Both the position numbers and the translations under genes were made by a program. This document shows, in pieces, positions 26,462 to 32,000 of a stretch of 32,000 bases of DNA; the first letter of the stretch is position 1, and each line of letters opens with the position of its first letter. The stretch is from Rhizobiales bacterium Ga0077545. Lineage in GTDB: Bacteria; Pseudomonadota; Alphaproteobacteria; Rhizobiales; Methylopilaceae. The DNA lies in NCBI GenBank assembly GCA_001464335.1, contig LNEV01000006.1:200933-232932 (forward strand), given 5' to 3'. Under the pieces are notes generated by a model. It was not told the origin of the DNA. It searched no databases and worked only from the letters and a program-made list of their open reading frames with translations.

Positions 26462-27043
26462 TCAGCGCCGGAACAGCGCCTCGGCCTCGGCGCGTGCACC
26501 GCGCGGAGAAGCCCGGCCGAACGGCATCCGCTCGCTGCGGAAGAAAACCGGCGTCTCCTTCACCGCCGCGATGCGGGCTTCGGGCAGCATCGGGAACGTC
26601 ACGATGGAAATCTCCCACAAATCGATCCGCTCGATGCGGCGCACGCCCGTGCGCGCATCGCGCCGCGCGCTGACGGCTTTGAAGCCGATGGAGAGCCCGT
26701 CGATGCCGCCCTCGCGGATCAGGGTCCAGACATCGCGCGCCTGGGCGACCTTGAGGCAGAGCCGCCCGCGCACACGCAGCCCCATCGCATCCTCGCGGAT
26801 CTCCTCCCACACGCCGATCGGCTGCGCCGGATCGTGCTGCCAGAGCATCCGCACGCGCCCTGCGCCCGTTTTCGTGAGGCTGTCGGAAAACGCGCCCTTG
26901 ACGATGAGATCGCCGCCGAGATCGGTCTCGCCGAACAGACTGGCATACCCCGTAATGACGCCGCTGAAGCCGTTTCCGGAAATGATGTTGGGTGCCCGCG
27001 CGAGCTTTTTGGTCTCGGACACGGGCGTAAAGAGTTTGGACAT
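26462..27043 (-). CDS. HK97-family prohead protease (GTA g4)
   Basis: 193 aa from ATG 27043: MSKLFTPVSE...FSGVITGYASLFGETDLGGDLIVKGAF...MLWQHD...GLSIGF. The 5' extension of the track ORF is translated repeat sequence. Confidence 0.88.
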   Translation of the reverse strand: MSKLFTPVSETKKLARAPNIISGNGFSGVITGYASLFGETDLGGDLIVKGAFSDSLTKTGAGRVRMLWQHDPAQPIGVWEEIREDAMGLRVRGRLCLKVAQARDVWTLIREGGIDGLSIGFKAVSARRDARTGVRRIERIDLWEISIVTFPMLPEARIAAVKETPVFFRSERMPFGRASPRGARAEAEALFRR

Positions 27044-27064
27044 GAAGGATCGCTCCCAGACAAA

Positions 27065-27180
27065 CCTCATCCTGAGCCGGACTCGCGGCAAAGCCGCGAG
27101 CCGCGTCGAAGGATGGCGGCGCATTCAGAATGTGTGGCTATCCTTCGACACGAGCCCTGCGGGCTCGGCTCAGGATGAGG
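27065..27180. repeat. composite structured inverted repeat, copy A (two units, tail-to-tail)
   Basis: Forward unit 27065-27114 is CCTCATCCTGAGCC-hairpin-GCGTCGAAGGAT. Reverse unit is 27140-27180, with a 21-25 bp spacer. Same family as copies B and C. Confidence 0.8.
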
Positions 27181-27286
27181 CCGATAAAAATTCAGCGGCC
27201 CGCCATCCGGCGGCGGCTCACGGACAAGGCAGCCAGCACCTGAAGAAAGGCGCGGATGATCGTCTCCGCTTCGCTCTGCGGCATGG

Positions 27287-27472
27287 TCAGTCTCCCTCGA
27301 AACGGCTGTTGAAGCGCGCCAGTTCGCGCACGAATGTGTCGAAGCGCCGGTTGGCGCAGGCGAGTTCGCGAAACGTCATGACGAACGCACCCCACCCCGC
27401 CGCCGCCAGCGCAAACAGCGCCAGATGCGCAAGATCGCCGCGCGCGGCGATGTGCGAAAGAATGTCGGGCAT
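27287..27472 (-). CDS. small hypothetical membrane protein in the g3.5 position
   Basis: 61 aa from ATG 27472: MPDILSHIAARGDLAHLALFALAAAGWGAFVMTFRELACANRRFDTFVRELARFNSRFEGD. One TM plus an amphipathic helix, high GC3, GGAG 10 nt upstream. Similarity to RcGTA g3.5 was not verified. Confidence 0.35.
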   Translation of the reverse strand: MPDILSHIAARGDLAHLALFALAAAGWGAFVMTFRELACANRRFDTFVRELARFNSRFEGD

Positions 27473-27489
27473 GGGATGCACACTCCGTC

Positions 27490-27569
27490 ATCCCGGAAAT
27501 CGCGCAGCGATTGTCCGGGATCGTCCACCACTCACGAAACGATCCCGGATCGGCTGCGCCGTCCGGGAT
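27490..27569. repeat. two tandem REP-like palindromic hairpins with ATCCCGGA...TCCGGGAT arms
   Basis: Hairpin 1 is 27490-27521 (14-bp arms, one bulge). Hairpin 2 is 27542-27569 (12-13-bp arms, one bulge). Hairpin 2 ends 5 nt from the portal stop. Confidence 0.6.
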
Positions 27570-27573
27570 GGCG

Positions 27574-28731
27574 TCAACCGCCATACCCCACGGCCGCGCG
27601 CTTCTCCGCATCGCTGAGAAAATCCGCAGCCGCGATCCGCCGCCACAGAGCCTCGCGCTCGGACGACAACGCCTCGATCCTGTCGAGATCGGGCTCCAGC
27701 CGGAGCGCGCTCTCGCCGAAGCCGGGCGCGAGCCAGTGCGCGATGTCGGCCAGCACGCGGTTCAGCAGCGGCAGAACGCTCTGGCGCCACAGCGCGCGGT
27801 TGGCTTCCTGATAATTCGCATATGTATTGTCGCCCGGAATGCCGAGCAGCATCGGCGGCACGCCGAAGGCGAGCGCGATCTCGCGCGCCGCGCCGTTCTT
27901 GGCCTCCATGAAATCCATATCCTTCGGGCTGAGCGCCATGTTCTTCCAGTCGAGCCCGCCATCGAGCAGAAGCGGCCGCCCGGCATTGCGCGGCCCGGAA
28001 AACTGGTTTTCCAGTTCCTCCTTCAGCCGCGAGAACTGCTCTTCCGAAAGGTTTGCGCCCTCCGGTCCTGAATAGACCAGCGCACCGGAAGGCCGCGCCG
28101 CATTGTCGAGCAGCGCCTTGTTCCAGGCCGAAGCCGCGTTGTGCACGTCGAGCGCCTGCGCGGCGGCTTCGAGCGGCGACAGCCCGTAATGATCGTCGAG
28201 CGGATGAAAGAAGGTGAGATGCAGAATGGGCCGCACCTCGCCGCTCTGGCGAAAACGCACGCTGTCGGCTCCCACCGTGTAATCATAGGCCTCCGGCCAC
28301 CCGTCCACGCCGGGCACGACCTTCATCCGGTCCGGGCGCAGCACATGAAGCTCGCGCGGCACGCCATCGAGCGCCGCCGCTTCGCAATAGCCGTTGCCGG
28401 CCACGAGCAGATGCCCGATCAGCGTTTCGAGAAAAGCCGAACCGCTCTGGCGCGCGTTCGGGCGCATGAGAAGTGAAAGCAGCGGATGCGTGTCGAGCTC
28501 GCGTGCCTCATTATAGATGAGCAGCGGCACGGACCCCGCCGCCTCGGCAATCATCCGCACGCAACGAAACACCACCGCGTTCTTCGTAAAGCCTTCGCGC
28601 GCCAGAGCCGCATAATCACGCGGCGTCCAGACCGGTCGCCCCGCCTGATGCAGCGCAACCACGGCCCCCGCGCGCGACGCCTTCTCCTCCGGCGCCACGC
28701 GGCGCAGGATGTTCTGCAGTCCTTGGAACAA
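27574..28731 (-). CDS. HK97-family portal protein (GTA g3)
   Basis: 385 aa. TTG start preceded by AAGGAG at 6-nt spacing. Sequence includes ...RDYAALAREGFTKNAVVFRCVRMIAEAAGSVPL... Confidence 0.9.
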   Translation of the reverse strand: MFQGLQNILRRVAPEEKASRAGAVVALHQAGRPVWTPRDYAALAREGFTKNAVVFRCVRMIAEAAGSVPLLIYNEARELDTHPLLSLLMRPNARQSGSAFLETLIGHLLVAGNGYCEAAALDGVPRELHVLRPDRMKVVPGVDGWPEAYDYTVGADSVRFRQSGEVRPILHLTFFHPLDDHYGLSPLEAAAQALDVHNAASAWNKALLDNAARPSGALVYSGPEGANLSEEQFSRLKEELENQFSGPRNAGRPLLLDGGLDWKNMALSPKDMDFMEAKNGAAREIALAFGVPPMLLGIPGDNTYANYQEANRALWRQSVLPLLNRVLADIAHWLAPGFGESALRLEPDLDRIEALSSEREALWRRIAAADFLSDAEKRAAVGYGG

Positions 28732-28764
28732 TTCGATCTCCTTCGGCCCTTGAACGATTCAAAA

Positions 28765-28923
28765 CCTCACCCTGAGCCAGACTCGCTGAAAGCGAGCCGT
28801 GTCGAAGCCTCATCCTGAGCCGGACTCGCAACGCAGTTGCGAGCCGTGTCGAAGGATAGCGACACGCTCAACATTCCGGGCCATCCTTCGACACGAGCCT
28901 GTCAGGCTCGGCTCAGGATGAGG
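28765..28923. repeat. composite structured inverted repeat, copy B (two forward units, spacer, one reverse unit)
   Basis: Units at 28765-28807, 28808-28857 and 28883-28923 (reverse). The copy ends 5 nt before the GIY-YIG ATG. Confidence 0.8.
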
Positions 28924-28928
28924 TTTGA

Positions 28929-29240
28929 ATGAACGCGTGGCTCTACATCGTCCGGTGCGCCGACAATTCCTTCTATGTCGGCACAACGCGCGACAGCCTC
29001 GAAACACGGATCGCCCAGCACAATGCCGGCTCGTTTCGCGGATACACCTTTACCCGCCGTCCGGTCGCACTCGTCTATTCGCAGGACTTCGACCGCATCA
29101 CCGATGCCATCGCCGCCGAACGCCAGGTCAAAGGCTGGAGCCGCGCCAAGAAACAGGCGCTGATCGACGGAAATTTTGGGATGCTGCAAGATCTCGCGAA
29201 GTGCCGCGCAACTCTCGCGCGCCAATCTCAATCATCCTGA
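28929..29240 (+). CDS. GIY-YIG nuclease family protein (small, stand-alone URI domain)
   Basis: 103 aa: WLYIVRCADNSFYVGTTRDSLETRIAQHN...AIAAERQVKGWSRAKK, showing the GIY / YIG / Arg / Glu motifs. The stop codon lies inside repeat copy C. Strand is opposite to the GTA genes. Confidence 0.85.
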   Translation: MNAWLYIVRCADNSFYVGTTRDSLETRIAQHNAGSFRGYTFTRRPVALVYSQDFDRITDAIAAERQVKGWSRAKKQALIDGNFGMLQDLAKCRATLARQSQSS

Positions 29241-29373
29241 GCCGGACTCGCGTCGAAGCCTCATCCTCAGCCGGACTCGCAACACAGTTGCGAGCCGTGT
29301 CGGGGATGGCCACGGGCTCCGAATGTGCCGCCATCCTTCGACACAGATGCTACGCATCTGGCTCAGGATGAGG
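29232..29373. repeat. composite structured inverted repeat, copy C (truncated forward unit, forward unit, spacer, reverse unit)
   Basis: Units at 29232-29258 (truncated), 29259-29309 and 29331-29373 (reverse). Confidence 0.8.
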
Positions 29374-29386
29374 TCGGGCCAGATAC

Positions 29387-29414
29387 CATCCCCTCACATC
29401 CCCTCACATCCCCC
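29387..29414. repeat. 10-bp tandem direct repeat CATCCCCTCA x2.7 spanning the terL stop codon
   Basis: Seen directly: catcccctca catcccctca catccccc. On the minus strand this reads GGGGATGTGA GGGGATGTGA GGGGATGG. Confidence 0.7.
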
Positions 29415-30762
29415 GCAGCCTCGGCACACCGCGCCCGGCTCCGCGCATCAGTTCGCTCACCGCCCACACCAGCGCATCGAGCCGGTCGGGCGAGCGTCCG
29501 GACGTGAGGCCGTTCAGGCCGAAGTCACACATCTCGTCTTCGAGCTCCTTCATCGGAACCGCGTGCCGCACCCGCCCTTGCGCATAAAGATTGGAGACCG
29601 GCTCGGCCCGCAGCCATTTCCCGCGCGTCGCATGAACGAGCGTCACCGGGATCGACGGATCGGCCTGGCCGATCACGGCCCGCACCATCTCACCGCCCTG
29701 ATTGGCCTCGGCCACCAGCGCATCGGCCTCGAAGGCGTGAAACGCGGCGGCCGCGGCGGCCGCCCACAGATCGGGCCGCGCCGCCGCGATCGTGCGGTCG
29801 CCCAATACATACGTCACGCCGTCCGGCGCGAGGCCCGCCGCAACAATGCCGCAGGCATCCGAATGCGCGTGGCCCGTTGCCGCCGGATCGACCGCAACGA
29901 CGATCCGCAGCAGCGCCGGCACCTCGCTCGCCCGCGCCTCCTCGATCATCGCGCGCGTCCACAGCGCATCGGCACGGTCTTCGATCACTTCGCCTTCAAG
30001 TTCCTGCCGCCCCAATCGGGTCCCCACATAGCGATTGACGATCCCGTCCAGAAAACGCGGCGAGAGATTGCGCGCATTGGCGAGCGTCGCGGCATGCGTC
30101 ATCACGGTGCCGGGATCGCGCATCAGGCGCTTCAGAAGCTGCGTCGGGCGCGGCGTCGTCGTCACCATCTGGCGCGGGCGTGTGCCGAGCCGAAGCCCGA
30201 ACTGCAACATGTCCCACACCGCATCGGCCTTCTTCCATTTGGCCAGTTCATCGCACCAGGCGGCGCCGAATTGAGGGCCGCGCAGGCTTTCGGGATCTTC
30301 CGCCGAAAAACATTGCGCCACCGCGCCGTTGGGCCAGGTCAGTTTTTTCAGGGTCGGCGTCCAGTCAGGACGCGCGCCCGGCAGCGAGAGAATGCCGGAG
30401 ACGCCCTCCACCATCACATCGCGCACATCCGCAGCCGTCTCGCCGATCAGGGCAATGCGCTCGACGGGCTCTGAGGTGAAACCCGGAAGGCCCAGCGCAA
30501 GCCCCCTCACCCATTCGGCGCCCGCGCGCGTTTTGCCCGCGCCGCGTCCGCCCAGAAAAAGCCATACGCTCCACGCGCCCTCCGGTGGCCGCTGTTCGGC
30601 ACGTCCGAACAGCATCCAGTCGTCCAGAATGCGCGCCACATCCTGCTGCGGCAGCGCTTCAAGCTTCTCCTGCAGAATCCGAAAGGCGTCCTGCCTCGTC
30701 TGCTGCACTGTCGAGCAATGCCTCAAGACGGCGCGCAAGATCGCGGCGGAACTCATCGACAT
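29404..30762 (-). CDS. terminase large subunit (GTA g2)
   Basis: LEALPQQDVARILDDWMLFGRAEQRPPEGAWSVWLFLGGRGAGKTRAGAEW (Walker A GRGAGKT). The track ORF begins at GTG 30804. In-frame ATGs are at 30762/30756 and a GTG at 30708. The true start is uncertain, and every option overlaps the g1-like gene. Confidence 0.9.
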   Translation of the reverse strand: MSMSSAAILRAVLRHCSTVQQTRQDAFRILQEKLEALPQQDVARILDDWMLFGRAEQRPPEGAWSVWLFLGGRGAGKTRAGAEWVRGLALGLPGFTSEPVERIALIGETAADVRDVMVEGVSGILSLPGARPDWTPTLKKLTWPNGAVAQCFSAEDPESLRGPQFGAAWCDELAKWKKADAVWDMLQFGLRLGTRPRQMVTTTPRPTQLLKRLMRDPGTVMTHAATLANARNLSPRFLDGIVNRYVGTRLGRQELEGEVIEDRADALWTRAMIEEARASEVPALLRIVVAVDPAATGHAHSDACGIVAAGLAPDGVTYVLGDRTIAAARPDLWAAAAAAAFHAFEADALVAEANQGGEMVRAVIGQADPSIPVTLVHATRGKWLRAEPVSNLYAQGRVRHAVPMKELEDEMCDFGLNGLTSGRSPDRLDALVWAVSELMRGAGRGVPRLRGM

Positions 30763-31210
30763 CGATTTCGTCTCTCTCTGCCACCGGCTCGTGCGGAGTT
30801 TCACCCTCGATCCGCTTCAGTTCCGCCATTGTCTTGACCAGGCTCGCGAGCGTGCGCGCAGCGCGTTCGCTGTCGTTGGCCCGCGCCGTGCGCGGGCCGG
30901 GTTTCGAGAGATCGAATTCGGCCAGCAGGATTTGCCGTTCGATGTGCGCGCGCACCCGCCTGGAAAGGCCTTTCATCGTGGCGCCTTCCGGCTCCTTGCG
31001 TTTGCCGAGACGGCTCGGCAGGCGCAAATTCCAGCCCATGCGGACAACGCGCCGGGACAATGTGCTCTGCCCGATCCCCATCAGCTTTGCGATCCTCGCC
31101 ATCGGCACATCGGTCTGCTCGTAAAGCGCCCGCGCACAGATCAGCACATGATCCTCGCTCCCGTTGTCGTCGATGTTCTTGTCTTCCGAAACGATCTCCC
31201 CTTCGGACAT
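30659..31210 (-). CDS. GTA g1-like protein, putative HTH small-terminase-like DNA-binding protein
   Basis: 183 aa from ATG 31210 (MSEGEIVSEDKN...), with GGAG 7 nt upstream. HTH-like VPMARIAKLMGIGQSTLSRRV. First gene of the cluster. Trimmed from the 214-aa track ORF, whose extension covers the leader hairpin. Confidence 0.55.
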   Translation of the reverse strand: MSEGEIVSEDKNIDDNGSEDHVLICARALYEQTDVPMARIAKLMGIGQSTLSRRVVRMGWNLRLPSRLGKRKEPEGATMKGLSRRVRAHIERQILLAEFDLSKPGPRTARANDSERAARTLASLVKTMAELKRIEGETPHEPVAERDEIDVDEFRRDLARRLEALLDSAADEAGRLSDSAGEA

Positions 31211-31221
31211 GTCAGCACTCC

Positions 31222-31260
31222 AAAAACAAAACGGCGGCCCCGTGGTGCGGGTCCGCCGTT
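31222..31260 (-). terminator. intrinsic terminator in the g1 leader
   Basis: Minus strand AACGGCGG-A-CCCG-cacca-CGGG-G-CCGCCGTT (12 bp with one internal mismatch) followed by TTGTTTTT. The GGAG RBS and ATG follow directly. Confidence 0.6.
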
Positions 31261-31282
31261 CGCAATTCTTCATCGTGCATAT

Positions 31283-31311
31283 CTTGTAGCAAACCAGCGT
31301 CACGCTGTCAA
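31283..31311 (-). promoter_or_regulatory. sigma70-like promoter for the GTA cluster
   Basis: Minus strand TTGACA - 17 nt - TACAAG. The predicted start site is about 65 nt upstream of the g1 ATG, so the leader consists almost entirely of the terminator hairpin. Confidence 0.4.
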
Positions 31312-31825
31312 GAACTTTTTCCTATATTCGTTTTGTGCGGGCATTCGCGAAACGCATCGCGAGCGCCGTTGCCGTGCCGCGCGACTCGTTCCGCGAACGC
31401 CGGGGAGGTTCGCGCGCACCCAAATTTCTGTGTCCTTTTTGCCGCGCTCCGAAGTATTCGAATTTTGGATTTTGGCACGCCAGCCGTCGCGGCACGCCCG
31501 CTGGACGCCTTCCGACGGTCTCGGGGCACAATTTTTTTGAGCGGGAAGCCGGCGCGTGCGGCAGCGCCTGCGGTTTCGTGCCTGTATGCACTTCGACAAT
31601 ATCGGGAAGATGAGGGCACGCGAAAACAGCGCGCGCGCATTTAACATCCAAGTGCCGATTTTGCCTTGTATTTCCTGAAGGCGCGACTGGCGCGGCCCTG
31701 TCTGCCGCGTCCATCCGAAAGGTGTCTTGCCAAGCAAAGAGCGTGTGCGAATCTTTCCGCGCGGCATGTGTTCGGCGGGTTTGATTCAGCGCCCGCGCGT
31801 TCGTCGCGCAGCTCATCCTCCTTGC

Positions 31826-31840
31826 TTAACTTAAAATTAC
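31826..31840. promoter_or_regulatory. near-consensus CtrA-type box TTAA-N7-TTAC
   Basis: TTAACTTAAAATTAC, one mismatch to TTAA-N7-TTAA. It is about 120 bp upstream of the plus-strand ATG at 31962 and about 615 bp upstream of g1. Confidence 0.2.
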
Positions 31841-31961
31841 CAATCAACATGCCAATTGCTGTTGGTACATGTCGATTACGCTTGCCGAGTTCGAAAAAGC
31901 AAGGTCAAGGTTTTCGTGTGTGCGTGTATTGAGTCGCGAATAACCCGCGGAGAAAAAAATT

Positions 31962-32000
31962 ATGGCTACGACACCCAAGGCTAAGAAGCCTGCTGCAAAG
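31962..32000 (+). CDS. 5' end of a Lys/Ala-rich protein (13 codons, truncated by window end)
   Basis: ATG preceded by GGAG at 9-nt spacing. Reads MATTPKAKKPAAK. Too short for a functional call. Confidence 0.35.
   Translation, partial: MATTPKAKKPAAK

Larger units (their letters stand above)
12712..31311 (-). other. RcGTA-type gene transfer agent cluster (g1-g15) with contiguous fibre and lysis modules
   Basis: Co-linear minus-strand genes in the RcGTA order, joined by overlapping or very short junctions. No integrase, repressor or replication genes on either visible flank. Confidence 0.8.

Noticed and set aside
27192-27284. 31-codon mini-ORF (MPQSEAETIIRAFLQVLAALSVSRRRMAGR) coupled to the 61-aa ORF
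   Set aside because: It has high GC3 and a TGAccATG junction, but it is too short to support without conservation or expression data. It is mentioned only within a finding.
27065-29373. Possible CRISPR array suggested by recurring about 45-bp repeats
   Set aside because: The units occur in both orientations, spacing is irregular, one interval is a protein-coding gene, and no cas genes are present. They are palindromic MITE/REP-like elements.
31473-31490. TGGCACG resembling a sigma54 -24 element
   Set aside because: No TTGC/-12 element at the required spacing on either strand.
31335-31932. Small ORFs in the upstream intergenic region (31335..31613 +, 31666..31932 +, and several on the minus strand)
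   Set aside because: They have no RBS, poor codon bias and Arg/Cys-rich sequences. The region is treated as regulatory.

Overview
GC-rich alphaproteobacterial (Hyphomicrobiales-like) chromosomal window. Positions 1-12.7 kb are housekeeping and accessory genes: cytochrome c maturation ccmI-ccmE-ccmF (minus strand), heterotetrameric sarcosine oxidase soxBDAG (plus strand), an orphan 459-aa helical protein, a glycine-zipper lipoprotein, and a PepSY / OmpR-type response regulator / histidine kinase operon. Positions 12.7-31.3 kb (all minus strand) hold an apparently intact RcGTA-type gene transfer agent cluster. It runs g1-like, terL, portal, protease, capsid, adaptors, major tail, chaperones, tape measure and g12-g15, followed in cis by a DUF2793 fibre gene and a lysis cassette (GH108 endolysin, small holin, overlapped spanin pair). 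No integrase, repressor or replication genes are visible in the window. The cluster has several unusual features. (1) A sigma70-like promoter is followed directly by an intrinsic terminator in the g1 leader, and more terminator-like hairpins sit at protease|capsid, after capsid and at g8|g9, which suggests anti-termination control. (2) A CCCTTTC slippery heptamer lies near the g10 stop, and the -1 frame there is the only way to translate the conserved N-terminus of g10.1. (3) A GIY-YIG nuclease gene on the opposite strand, bracketed by composite structured inverted repeats, is inserted between terL and portal, and a third solitary repeat copy lies upstream of the protease gene. (4) An opposite-strand multi-pass membrane protein gene is inserted between the major tail and chaperone genes. 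The supplied ORF track reports longest ATG/GTG/TTG ORFs, so many calls were trimmed at the 5' end. Many long ORFs are antisense or off-frame shadows typical of high-GC DNA and were rejected. All functional calls rest on motif recognition by eye; no database search was possible.
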